This document shows positions 1-9,433 of a stretch of DNA of 64,000 nt, one piece after another (position 1 is the first letter of the stretch; every line of letters begins with the position of its first letter). The stretch covers positions 288,001 to 352,000 of the forward strand of contig CAWBZI010000001.1 of NCBI GenBank assembly GCA_963793265.1. The letters run 5' to 3'. Source of the DNA: an uncultured cyanobacterium. Its GTDB lineage: Bacteria > Cyanobacteriota > Cyanobacteriia > Phormidesmidales > Phormidesmidaceae. A model generated the notes under the pieces. The model searched no databases. It was not told where the DNA came from and saw only the letters and a list, made by a program, of their open reading frames with translations. Made by a program: the position numbers and the translations under genes.

Positions 1-1197
1 CATGGCTTGCTCGTAGCTGGCGGCGATCGCACACTGCATTCCAGCAGCCACTGCCGCCGCTGTTAGCGCTAAGTGCAAAGACTGAGGCGCACCGACCACC
101 AAGATTTGAGATGTGCTCGCCGTTACCGCTACTCCACCGCCAGTGCTTTGCTTGAATTGCTCACGCAAGTTCTCTACCAGCGCCAAAAAATGAAGCGCTT
201 GCGGCTGGCTAAAAGAACTCTCTCGCTTGAGCAGTTGCTCTAATTGGTGGGCAATCCGCGAGCCTTCTGCAAAGCCATAGCAGCCCATAGCACCTGATAG
301 CTTATGCGCTTGTGATTCTCCAGCGGCTCGCAGCTCTGCGCTCAGATGGCCCGCCTCCACTGCCGCTGCAGTCGCCTCTAAAATGCCTACCCTTTCTTGC
401 ATGGTGTCCTGGTGTCTGCCCCAAGCGGCGGCGATCGCAGCCTGCAGCTCCGGCTTGTTCGGTAGCTTCGACTTCGATTCTGCCAGTGAGCTAGCCGCCG
501 TGATCGCTTCAGCCGTTTCTGGCGCGATCGCCTTTAGTCGGTAGCCTAGCCCATACACCGTCTCAATAAAATCTTTAGGCGCGCCGCCCGCTTTCAGCTT
601 TTGGCGCAGTCCTTTTACGTGCGTTCTTACCGCATCACCACCCGGAATATCTTCGAGTGACCAGAGATTATCAATAATCGCATCCAGGCTAAAAACCTGA
701 CTGGGGTGACGCAAAAACAGCGCTAGCAAGGCATATTCTTTGGGCGTTACGCGCAGCAGCCTATGTTGGCAAAACACCTCAAAAGTGTTGGGATCTACTC
801 GCAAATCGCCCCGTCGTAGCACAGTATCTAAAACGGGGCTATCTCTCCGTCGCAGCGCTCTAATGCGGGCAAATAGTTCTTCAAAGTTAAAAGGCTTTAC
901 CACGTAGTCGTCAGCGCCAGCGTTCAGTGCTTCTACCTTCGTTGCGCTATCGTCTTTAGCCGTTAGCATCAAAATGGGGCTGATAATCTTTTGCTTTCGC
1001 AATCGCTGACAAAGCAAAATTCCTCCAATATCGGGCAGTCCCATATCTAGAATAATGAAATCGTAAGCGAAAAGACTCACCCATTCTTCAGCGCACTTGC
1101 CATTGGCAGCAATGTCCACCACGTATCGCTGCTTGACCAGTCGCTCGGCCAAAATATTCATCAAAGCGGCATCGTCATCAACTAGCAGTATGCGCAT
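1..1197 (-). CDS. Multidomain response regulator (REC + OmpR winged helix + HPt, RcaC-like), running off the window start
   Basis: Not in the ORF track (no stop in the window). My translation from ATG 1197 gives MRILLVDDDAALM...LDMGLPD...LMLTAKD...GADDYVVKPF, wHTH (TPKEYALL...IETVYGLGYRL) and HPt (AHKLSGAMGCYGF). Frame stays open to base 1. Confidence 0.9.
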   Translation of the reverse strand, partial: MRILLVDDDAALMNILAERLVKQRYVVDIAANGKCAEEWVSLFAYDFIILDMGLPDIGGILLCQRLRKQKIISPILMLTAKDDSATKVEALNAGADDYVVKPFNFEELFARIRALRRRDSPVLDTVLRRGDLRVDPNTFEVFCQHRLLRVTPKEYALLALFLRHPSQVFSLDAIIDNLWSLEDIPGGDAVRTHVKGLRQKLKAGGAPKDFIETVYGLGYRLKAIAPETAEAITAASSLAESKSKLPNKPELQAAIAAAWGRHQDTMQERVGILEATAAAVEAGHLSAELRAAGESQAHKLSGAMGCYGFAEGSRIAHQLEQLLKRESSFSQPQALHFLALVENLREQFKQSTGGGVAVTASTSQILVVGAPQSLHLALTAAAVAAGMQCAIAASYEQAM

Positions 1198-1233
1198 GTA
1201 GTCCCTATATGAACAGTTGAATGAAATTTGCAA

Positions 1234-1845
1234 CTATTCTTGTAGTGATTGGCCCTGCGGTGACTGGCCCTGTGGTGACTGGTATATTCTGAGAAACTGC
1301 GTGATTGTTTTTAGCGCCTGGTTGATTCCGGTTATAGCAGTAGAAGAAAGCCTTCTGGAAAAGCGAAAGTCTTGTGTGGGCACTTTCATGAGCCAGCTTT
1401 GGGGGCAGGTGTCGTAAATTTGCTGGGTTAACCCCATTAGCTTGCGAGGGCTACACTGACCTGCTTCGACATAAACCGGCTCTGAGTAGGGAGCAACAAC
1501 CGGGCAAATCTGCGCGGTGCAAGCGCGATCGCTCTTGACGCAAGGTTCAACAAAAATAGCGTAGTTTGTCTTGGCTAGCTCCAAAACCAGCGCTGGTGTG
1601 AGTTTATCAACCACAACAGTACGAACCGAACCGAGTTTCCAGCCTGATATAGCCATTGCGATTCGTGGCCCAACAGCAGCATCGCCGTGCAATTCATTGC
1701 CGCAGCAGACAATCAGGAACTTATCCTGACAGTCTTGAGGCAGGCGTCGGGAGATAGGCTGAGCGACTCTTTGAGATAGCTTTTGAGGTGCTGTAGGGGC
1801 GTAGATCATATTTGCTTTCCTGTGGTTGCTGCTTGCTACAAGCAT
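1234..1845 (-). CDS. Hydrogenase maturation protease-like protein (HycI/HoxW fold), degenerate
   Basis: LIVCCGNELHGDAAVG resembles GxGNxLxGDDGxG. C-terminal F-S-x-x-L-S motif. Start uncertain. Confidence 0.65.
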   Translation of the reverse strand: MLVASSNHRKANMIYAPTAPQKLSQRVAQPISRRLPQDCQDKFLIVCCGNELHGDAAVGPRIAMAISGWKLGSVRTVVVDKLTPALVLELAKTNYAIFVEPCVKSDRACTAQICPVVAPYSEPVYVEAGQCSPRKLMGLTQQIYDTCPQSWLMKVPTQDFRFSRRLSSTAITGINQALKTITQFLRIYQSPQGQSPQGQSLQE

Positions 1846-2014
1846 AGAGAAAGAATATGAGCATGTTGTGAAGGTGACGACCCTGCAAAAAACAAGTCAT
1901 GCCAACGACTAAAAAGGCAATCCAAACGAGTGCTTACGAATTCTCCAAAGCTTGATTATTTACGCAGCGGCCAGAACCTAAAGGACTAGGCTAATCGATG
2001 AAAATAGAGCCGAT

Positions 2015-3091
2015 TTAATGATGTATTTTGGGACGAATGGCGATAGGGCGGGTCTGCTGACGACGGGGCGTAGGCCACCTGTCTAGAATGTCTTTTACGA
2101 GCAGTTCTTTGATCCATACCTGAGTGACAATCACCATTGGTAGCGCCAGGAATAGGCCCAAAACGCCGAAGAAAACGGCGGCAACGACCTGGGCGATTAG
2201 GGCGATCGCAGGCAGCAAAGACGTTTGCTTTTCCATCACTATCGGCGTCAGTACCGATCCTTCTAGCTGCTGAATGAGAAAGTAAAGGCCGACAACCGCT
2301 AATGCTTTCCAGGGCTGAATCGCCAGCGCCATTAATACAGGTGGAATGATGCTTAAAAGCGGGCCAATATTAGGAATAAAGGTGAGCAGCCCCGCGATAA
2401 TTGCATTTACCATCGGCAGCGGTACGCCGATAATTGCCAGCCCCACGCCGCTAAACACCGTGATCACGGCCATATTAAACAAAATGCCAATGGCCCAGCC
2501 CGACAGCGCCTCTTCACACTCATCGAGAATGGCATCGGCCCTGACGCGATAGAACTTAGGAAACGCTAAAATAACCATTTTGCGGTAGCTCTCTGGGTTG
2601 CTGAGCAGCATGATGGTCACCACCGTCACCAGCAGCAAATTGATGATGAAGTCTAAAGAGCCAGTGAACAGCGCCAGCAGGCGACCAAGCCAGGTTGGGC
2701 TGAACTGAGTGAGCTGTGGCAGCAGTTCGGTGAGCCTGGTGCCTGCAAGCGGATCGCCCGGCACAATGCCCCGCACTCGCTGATACCACATCTGAATTTG
2801 ACCGAATCCTTGCTCTGAAAGAAATGTGTACTCAGGAAGCTGATCGGCAATGGCAGGGGCAACAAACCAGACGGTCAGTGAGAGCAGTGAAATGATAGCG
2901 GTCAGGGCGATCGCAACCGCTATTCCTCTAGGCACAGGCACGGGCAACCGGCGAATCAGATTGACAATTCGGTTGATAGCTGTTGCAAATACCACCGCTG
3001 CAAACACAAGCAACAATACCTGCCTAATCTGCCAAAGCAGCAGCAGCACCGCAACAACCGCGATTACGCCTACCAATTTACCGAACTTCAC
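2015..3091 (-). CDS. AI-2E (PerM) family transporter
   Basis: Multi-TM protein with FIPNIGP, IQQLEGSVLTP and GVLGLFLALP motifs. Confidence 0.9.
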   Translation of the reverse strand: MKFGKLVGVIAVVAVLLLLWQIRQVLLLVFAAVVFATAINRIVNLIRRLPVPVPRGIAVAIALTAIISLLSLTVWFVAPAIADQLPEYTFLSEQGFGQIQMWYQRVRGIVPGDPLAGTRLTELLPQLTQFSPTWLGRLLALFTGSLDFIINLLLVTVVTIMLLSNPESYRKMVILAFPKFYRVRADAILDECEEALSGWAIGILFNMAVITVFSGVGLAIIGVPLPMVNAIIAGLLTFIPNIGPLLSIIPPVLMALAIQPWKALAVVGLYFLIQQLEGSVLTPIVMEKQTSLLPAIALIAQVVAAVFFGVLGLFLALPMVIVTQVWIKELLVKDILDRWPTPRRQQTRPIAIRPKIHH

Positions 3092-3279
3092 ACAATTTCT
3101 CCATTAGCCGCTTTCTCCGTTAGCCTCAGAACAGCCCCTAAGTAAGGAGACTCATAACCAAAGTGACAGAGGCTATATCCTAAAGATCAGCGTAAGAGTC
3201 TAGGCAGCGTTGAAGCCTCTACCTAAAGCAATGGATACTCGGCAGTCCTGATTGCACTGAGGCGTAAAGCCTTACGCCC

Positions 3280-3933
3280 CTACACCATAATCTGCGCCAT
3301 ACTCGTCACCATCACAATCTCATCCTTTTGGGTTCTTGGATGAACACTACTGTTATGAACACCCTCAGAGACGCTTTCAAATCGCCAGCCTAATCTCGCC
3401 TGATAGTCATTCATCATCGTCAAAAAGCCAAGACCAGAGGTAGGTGCCACATCTGTTATCGTATTGGCCTCAAGCCTACGGAAGTAAAGCTCTTTGGTAT
3501 CGACCCCCAGCAGGGTATGAATAAACGTTTGAAAGCTCTCGGCGCGCTGTTTGTCTATGCTATTAGAAGCAAACATAACAGCAACTAGCTTGGGCTCCTT
3601 TAAAAAATGAATGCCTAGCTTAACGGTCGGCTGAGCGCTATTCAGGTTGAACTTAACGGCGTTTTCTAGCAGCTCATTAGCCACATAGCCAATCGCGCCT
3701 TTTAAGTCCTGAATTCGCTGCTGGTGAGTCTCTTGCTCACGCGCTTGTTCGCTGCCGGGGTAAGGCAAAAAGTTAGTGCAGTATTCAGCGACGAAGTTAG
3801 CAGATAAAAGGTTGTTGCGCCATCGACGCGGATCGCAAGCAGAAACAACAGCAGTAGGCGGTGAAAAGCTGAGTTCTAAAGCATCGCATCTGGGAGGAAA
3901 CCTCTCAATAAAATCGCCTAAGATCTTGACCAT
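3280..3933 (-). CDS. Slr1658/SiaB-like GHKL Ser/Thr kinase (anti-sigma-factor-type ATPase)
   Basis: N-box ANELLENAVKF and G2-like SGLGFLTM. N-terminus IxGDFIE is typical of the cyanobacterial slr1658 family. Confidence 0.75.
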   Translation of the reverse strand: MVKILGDFIERFPPRCDALELSFSPPTAVVSACDPRRWRNNLLSANFVAEYCTNFLPYPGSEQAREQETHQQRIQDLKGAIGYVANELLENAVKFNLNSAQPTVKLGIHFLKEPKLVAVMFASNSIDKQRAESFQTFIHTLLGVDTKELYFRRLEANTITDVAPTSGLGFLTMMNDYQARLGWRFESVSEGVHNSSVHPRTQKDEIVMVTSMAQIMV

Positions 3934-4013
3934 AAAACGCTTGCCTTAGAAGTAGCTAGTTTAGAAGAATGTGTTTAGATGACTGACGTCATAGTACTGA
4001 AAGAACGCAGCAG

Positions 4014-6083
4014 CTAGGGACATTTGATCACCAACAGAGTGATATCATCGCATATTTCTCGATGCTCTATAAACTGTTGAAAATCGTTAATAACGCGCTG
4101 TTTGGTAGCTTCGGCGCTGCCCTGCCAGTGATGTGCGATCGCCTCACACAGTCGATCTAACCCATACTGTTGATTATTAGCGCCATACGCCTCTGTAATG
4201 CCATCGGTATAAAGGACAATACCGTCTCCTGAATCAAGCCGCAGCGATGTTTGGTTAATAAACTGAGCGATATCGTCAACCAGGCCAATTGGCAACCCTA
4301 AATCTATCGTATCAATCCGCTCTACCACGCCGCCATTACGAACAATTAAGACCTCTTCATGCTGGCCGCTAATGCTCACGAATCCCTCTAGATAAGTCAG
4401 AATAGAGAGCGTTATGTTCTTTTCAGAATCCATCCGCTGCACGTTTTGATAAAAGGTGCGATTCAGCGTTTCTAAAAAGACAGCCGGGCTGCGCTCTTTT
4501 GTCTCTTGTAGCGTACGGACAGCAGTTTGGGCCATTAGCATCAGCAGGCCGCTCTCTAAGCCATGCCCGCTAACATCGCCAATCGCAATCGTCACCATCT
4601 CATCGGTTTGCAAAACGTCGTAATAGTCGCCGCCCATTTCAGTGGCAGGCTCCATAAAAGCCGCAATATCCAATGTTTTTATCTGCGCTAGCTCTAGCGG
4701 CTTAGGCAATATCATCTGCTGCACCTGACGCGCCACCTCAAGCTGCGCGCTCATCCGAATATTGTCGGTTTGAAGAGAATGATTTAGCTTTGTAATTTCA
4801 AGATTAGCCGCGCTCAAAGCGGCTTCAGCCTGCTCTAGCTCCCAGCTATACTGCACGATATTAGACACCTCACCCAGCATCTCAATCACAACCTGAGAAG
4901 CCGCAATCGGATCTTCTTCCATCCCTAACCAGGGCAGAGGCTTGATCGGGTTGCGGCTACTGTGAATAATTTTGAACTGTTCATTAGGCTGAATTTGACC
5001 AATCCGGCAGTCTTTACGGAGGTGGTGGTTCGGCTCGCAGTAAACCGGCCCACCGGGCGCATCCCAGATCAGGTGATAGGCCGCCTGCCTGAGCGCGTCA
5101 GTTTCAATTGTTTGCGCGAGTGTAGCGGCCCGATGCCACAAATAAACCTGAGTATAGGCTGCTTCAATCGGGTCGCTAGTCACGCGATCTGGGCCGTATC
5201 GATGCTTAAAGCGAGCCACGAACGCTTCATTCTCAACCGTATTCAAGCTCTGAAAGTAGCTCCAGCAGGCGTAATGACCCACAGCGGCTTTACCAACCTG
5301 CTGCAAACCGACCTCTGCTAGGCTCATTGCCATAATTGGCATTTCGTCAGCGCTGATACCCGCTGCCTGGGCCTGCTGATAAAAAGAGAGATTGCTATCG
5401 CCATTAACCGTACTGAAAATAGCATCGGGCTGCACCTGCAAAATGCGCTCGATAATGGGCTCAAAGTCCTGTCCGCCTAGCGGTATGTAGGCTTCACCGA
5501 CAACCGTGCATGCGACAAGGCTGCCAGCGTACTTAAGCCGACTTTTGATAACTTTGTTCGCCACCCTCGGAAACACATAGTCGGAGCCCACCAAATAAAA
5601 GCTGCGTTTGCCCTGACTCAGCAGCCAGTCTAGGGCAGGCTCAATCTGTTGATTGAGGCACATGCCCGTGTAAAAGACGCACCGAGATTCTTCTAACCCC
5701 TCATACTGAACGGGGTACCACAGCAGCGTATTGCTTGCCTCAAACAGGGGAACAACCGCTTTGCGGCTCAGCGATGTCCAGCAGCCAAAAACAGTCGCAA
5801 CCCGATCAGCTTCAGTGAGCTGCCGGGCCATTGAGACAGACTGTTGCACTGTAGAGGCGCTGTCTTTTACAATCGGCACTATTTTATGGCCTAGCAGCCC
5901 GCCTGCGGCGTTGATTTCAGAAATCGCCATTAAGGCCGCCTCTACCAGCGGAGCCTCGCTAAAGGCCATGGTGCCGGTCAGCGAATGTAGAATGCCAACT
6001 TTGATCCCATCAGCTAATGAGGCCAATCTTACGCGCCTCAATTTCAACTTGAGTTTTGACATCCTTGTCAGGATCGTCGCCAA
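4014..6083 (-). CDS. AmiC/UrtA-like ligand-binding domain fused via a coiled coil to a SpoIIE/PP2C phosphatase
   Basis: IKVGILHSLTGTMA, VFGCWTS..RKAV, LWYPVQYEG and GSDYVFP (UrtA family). PP2C motifs GGDYYD, IGDVSGHG, LYTDGITEA, DDITL. No signal peptide or TM. True start uncertain (about 6010-6083). Confidence 0.9.
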   Translation of the reverse strand: MATILTRMSKLKLKLRRVRLASLADGIKVGILHSLTGTMAFSEAPLVEAALMAISEINAAGGLLGHKIVPIVKDSASTVQQSVSMARQLTEADRVATVFGCWTSLSRKAVVPLFEASNTLLWYPVQYEGLEESRCVFYTGMCLNQQIEPALDWLLSQGKRSFYLVGSDYVFPRVANKVIKSRLKYAGSLVACTVVGEAYIPLGGQDFEPIIERILQVQPDAIFSTVNGDSNLSFYQQAQAAGISADEMPIMAMSLAEVGLQQVGKAAVGHYACWSYFQSLNTVENEAFVARFKHRYGPDRVTSDPIEAAYTQVYLWHRAATLAQTIETDALRQAAYHLIWDAPGGPVYCEPNHHLRKDCRIGQIQPNEQFKIIHSSRNPIKPLPWLGMEEDPIAASQVVIEMLGEVSNIVQYSWELEQAEAALSAANLEITKLNHSLQTDNIRMSAQLEVARQVQQMILPKPLELAQIKTLDIAAFMEPATEMGGDYYDVLQTDEMVTIAIGDVSGHGLESGLLMLMAQTAVRTLQETKERSPAVFLETLNRTFYQNVQRMDSEKNITLSILTYLEGFVSISGQHEEVLIVRNGGVVERIDTIDLGLPIGLVDDIAQFINQTSLRLDSGDGIVLYTDGITEAYGANNQQYGLDRLCEAIAHHWQGSAEATKQRVINDFQQFIEHREICDDITLLVIKCP

Positions 6084-6678
6084 TCAGCAGCGCGTCTTGA
6101 ATCCGAATCCAGTAGTTGCGAATGGTGCGATCGCTTGTTCCCATCCGTTTTGCAATCGCCCGGTCATGCAGCCCTTCTTCAAAGCGCAGGTGCAATAGCT
6201 GTAGCCACCGCGCATGAAACTCAGGGCGCGACTTTACCGTTTGAGGTAGATAAACAGAGCCTCGCAGCGCAAAATTTATGTAGTTAATCATGTCTTGCAG
6301 CGGCAGCGCTTTATCCATCGCCGCAAAGCCACCTTCGTATATTTTGATGGCCGCTTTCAGGCGTACCAAAGGATTGATATCCGTGCTGAGCACAGCAATA
6401 TTAGGAGCCCATTTGCTCACCAGCAGTTGTTCAACCAGCCTGAGCCCAACGCTAGGCGTTGCGGGCGTCCCTGGGGACTCTGGAATACTCAAATCAACCA
6501 CCATCAGATGAGGCTGCACGCGATCTATCAAACCGGCTGCGGTGCTGTAGTCTTGCGCGGTCAAAATTTCGGCTTGGGGATAGGCGCGCCGTAGCGTCGG
6601 CACAGTTCCTCTCAACACGGCCTCATGATCGTCAACCACTAAAAACTGCTGAACAGCGCACTGACTGGTAAAAACCAC
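6010..6678 (-). CDS. NarL/LuxR-type DNA-binding response regulator
   Basis: VVDDHE, phosphoacceptor VVDLSIP, conserved K (DKA), and C-terminal HTH (DRAIAKRMGTSDRTIRNY). Confidence 0.88.
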   Translation of the reverse strand: MVFTSQCAVQQFLVVDDHEAVLRGTVPTLRRAYPQAEILTAQDYSTAAGLIDRVQPHLMVVDLSIPESPGTPATPSVGLRLVEQLLVSKWAPNIAVLSTDINPLVRLKAAIKIYEGGFAAMDKALPLQDMINYINFALRGSVYLPQTVKSRPEFHARWLQLLHLRFEEGLHDRAIAKRMGTSDRTIRNYWIRIQDALLIGDDPDKDVKTQVEIEARKIGLIS

Positions 6679-6770
6679 GATGTTTTTGCTTCCAAATATA
6701 TACAGCTCATTTACTCATTACGTTCCCTTTGACATCAGTATGCTACAAAGCAAGCCTGTAGAAAACACTG

Positions 6771-6813
6771 AAAGTTCAGGTTTATTCAGGTTTAAAGTTC
6801 AGGTTTATTCAGG
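6771..6813. repeat. Direct repeat (AAAGTTCAGGTTTATTCAGG x2; four TTCAGG boxes) upstream of the response regulator
   Basis: Read directly. Units start at 6771 and 6794. Confidence 0.8.
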
Positions 6814-6815
6814 CA

Positions 6816-7895
6816 TTAGCGTTTCTGTCGCTTTGAAACAGGCCAAATTAATTCACAAATCGTACCGCTGGGCTGGTTTTCTCGCCGATGGAACGTCCCA
6901 GATAGCTGCTGTGCCAATGCCTGCGCCTGCCGGGTTCCCTGCTGATCCGATAGATCAGCGCGGTTTTCAAATAGGCTTGCGGCTGCACTGCTAGCCATTG
7001 CATCAGCCATCACACCGGCCATCACAACCGGCGGGTTAGGAGCCGGGGCGTTATCTATTATTTGCAAACTGTAACAATCTGCGTGCTGCTGACAAACAAC
7101 AGATAGTCGGGTTGTGCCTAGCGCATGTTTACCAACGTTACAGAGCGCTTCTTGTAAAAATAAGCATAGGCCCCGCTTTTGCTCAATTGAGAGATTAGCT
7201 GATAGCAAGGGCGAAAAGTCGGGGGTGACTTGAAAGCGGAGATTGGCAAAGCCCTCGAAGTCACGGGTTAGCGTGTGCTCAAAAATCTGCTGTAGCAAAT
7301 CGGGCAGCGGTGAAGAGAGCGAGAGTATGATGCTGTTTTCAAGGTATAGTTCTTCGCAGTGTCGGCCTACCGATAGGCGCATTGACTGGTAGATGCCGCG
7401 CAGATCTTTGCTGATCTTGTCGAGATGCGATCGCATCTCGACAGCCGTAAAGCTCTCCATATCGGCCCGCAACAAAATGGCTAGCTCTTGCAAAGGGCCA
7501 TTGTGTACCGCTTCGTAGGTTCGTTCAATGGTTTGCGATCGCTGCTCCAAAAGCTGTTGCGTCAGGTGCAAAGCATCTTCTTGGGCCTGCTTACGCTCCA
7601 GGCTTTCTCTAGCCAGCGTAATGTTTGCGGCCTCTAGCTCAGCCGTCCGCTGCCGCACCCTTTCTTCTAAAGCCACATTGAGCTGCCGCACGTAGCGCTC
7701 TGTTGTCTGCAAATCGTCTCTTTGCTGGCACACCTGCTTTTCTAGCTCAGTCGAATGCTCCACAACCGTTTCGAGCATGATTTCGGCGTCGGCGCGCTGA
7801 GCGGCCAGCTCTTCAGCTCTAGCAGCTAAGCTTTCAGCCTGTTGCGTGAGCTGTTCTACTAACATCAACAATTCTGCGCGGGTGAGGTGCTGCAC
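6816..7895 (-). CDS. Cytoplasmic HisKA_3-type histidine kinase with long N-terminal coiled coil and no sensor domain
   Basis: H-box EAVHNGPLQEL, N-box LQEALCNVGKHA, G1-like IIDNA, and S-helix LEERVRQRTAELEAAN. Confidence 0.8.
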   Translation of the reverse strand: MQHLTRAELLMLVEQLTQQAESLAARAEELAAQRADAEIMLETVVEHSTELEKQVCQQRDDLQTTERYVRQLNVALEERVRQRTAELEAANITLARESLERKQAQEDALHLTQQLLEQRSQTIERTYEAVHNGPLQELAILLRADMESFTAVEMRSHLDKISKDLRGIYQSMRLSVGRHCEELYLENSIILSLSSPLPDLLQQIFEHTLTRDFEGFANLRFQVTPDFSPLLSANLSIEQKRGLCLFLQEALCNVGKHALGTTRLSVVCQQHADCYSLQIIDNAPAPNPPVVMAGVMADAMASSAAASLFENRADLSDQQGTRQAQALAQQLSGTFHRRENQPSGTICELIWPVSKRQKR

Positions 7896-7906
7896 GTTGG
7901 TTTCAC

Positions 7907-8263
7907 CTAGCTGAGTTCAATCACAATAGCGGGAAAAAGACGTTTCAGGTTCGTTAGAGATTTGCGCTGCCACGGAACTGTTTTAGCGCCTTGAACGGTC
8001 ATAGACACAACGCTTGCCTGACGGACTTTGATGGTAAATCGAAAGAGCACGTTAATGCCAGAGCTGTTGAGAAAGGAGAGCGATCGCAAATCCATTTGCA
8101 AATGAGCATCCTCGCGGCGGCTGACCTCATCTAATGCCGTATCCAACAACCGTTTGATCGGCGTATATTCTGCCATTGTCATCAGCGCCAGCTCACCCGA
8201 GAAGGTAACTTCTGCAGCTGAGCTGATGTAGATAACCTGATAGTTTTCACCTTGAACTTTCAT
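7907..8263 (-). CDS. Slr1659/SiaC-like STAS-fold phosphoacceptor (anti-anti-sigma-like)
   Basis: 118 aa with DLRSLSFLNSSGINVL phosphosite loop and PWQRKSLTNL motif. Confidence 0.8.
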   Translation of the reverse strand: MKVQGENYQVIYISSAAEVTFSGELALMTMAEYTPIKRLLDTALDEVSRREDAHLQMDLRSLSFLNSSGINVLFRFTIKVRQASVVSMTVQGAKTVPWQRKSLTNLKRLFPAIVIELS

Positions 8264-8305
8264 GCAGCTTTGGTCTTCTGCGTCCTTTTCTTTGAAAACC
8301 TTTGC

Positions 8306-9415
8306 CTAAAGGCTAGCAGGCAATTGCCCCTGCAAAATGTCCATCACGATACCCAGCGTCTGATTCAAATGCGTATCACCGTTGGGCAGCTTTGCAATCG
8401 GGTCAATCGGCCCGGTCGGCCCGTTGTGATTAACAGGCCCTAGCGAAATAAAATTCACCCGCCCCTCAGACTTCGCTAAATTCCAGCTTGACCAGGCCAT
8501 CATCGGCCAGCGCTTGGGAAACATCATCGCTCCAATTTGCGCTAGCACGTCGCGATCGCCCGTCAAATGATAGAGCCGGTCAATCAGCCCCACCCCGTTA
8601 TTTCCACTCACCACACCCGAGAGCGAAATCACCTCAATCGGCACGTCCAGCGCGTACTTGAGATAGGTCACCGCCCCTAAGGCCACTTGCGCCCCGCCGC
8701 TATAGCCCAGCAGCGTAATCGGCACCCCTGGCTGATAGCCCCGCTGCCGCAAACTGTTCAAAATCACCTGCGCCGTGCCCCGATTAAACACCGGGCCATA
8801 GCGATTATCTGTAGACACCGCAACTTGAAACGTATTGCGCAGGTTTATAAAAATATCCAACGGACTCTGCGGATAGCCTGCTTCAATTCGGTTCACCCAG
8901 CGCCAAAAGCTCGCAAAGGGGCGCTGCATGGTGAGCGGACGGTTGAGCGCGGAGTAGGCCATGATGTCTTGAATAAACACCATGTCGGCAGGGAGGCTTG
9001 CCGCTAGCGTGTCTAAAAAGTTTTGGACGCGCTTAGGGTAGTCGGCGCAGCTTTGAGAAATGCCGTCTAAATAAATCACGTAGCGGCGCGGTGAAACGCG
9101 GCTGGCGGTCTTTGAGGAGAAAATAGGCTCAGTAGAAAGGGCAGAGAGCTGCGCGGGAATCTTGCAGGGAATGGTGGTTTCGATCCCATCGCCATACCAG
9201 CCAGCCCACCAGCCCAGCGCTTCAAAGGGCGAAAGCAGCCCGGCTAATAGCAACGCAATCAGGCTGACGCGGGCTAGATCTATGACCAGCTTTAGCAGCT
9301 TGCTATTAAAGGCTAAGTACCAGCTTAGCCACTGTTGATTCACCGGGGAGAGCAGCACAATCGCGCCCACGGCTAGGAGGATGACCGCGCTGAGCTTGAG
9401 TAATCGACTATTCAT
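8306..9415 (-). CDS. Membrane-anchored alpha/beta-hydrolase-like protein
   Basis: Two N-terminal hydrophobic helices, YLDGI motif, nucleophile elbow GYSGG, and candidate D (GDRD) and H (VNHNG). Confidence 0.65.
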   Translation of the reverse strand: MNSRLLKLSAVILLAVGAIVLLSPVNQQWLSWYLAFNSKLLKLVIDLARVSLIALLLAGLLSPFEALGWWAGWYGDGIETTIPCKIPAQLSALSTEPIFSSKTASRVSPRRYVIYLDGISQSCADYPKRVQNFLDTLAASLPADMVFIQDIMAYSALNRPLTMQRPFASFWRWVNRIEAGYPQSPLDIFINLRNTFQVAVSTDNRYGPVFNRGTAQVILNSLRQRGYQPGVPITLLGYSGGAQVALGAVTYLKYALDVPIEVISLSGVVSGNNGVGLIDRLYHLTGDRDVLAQIGAMMFPKRWPMMAWSSWNLAKSEGRVNFISLGPVNHNGPTGPIDPIAKLPNGDTHLNQTLGIVMDILQGQLPASL

Positions 9416-9433
9416 AGACGAATTTTATAGGAT

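Noticed and set aside
4014..6083. Calling this gene urtA (urea ABC transporter)
   Set aside because: No signal peptide, no permease or ATPase genes nearby, and it is fused to a phosphatase.
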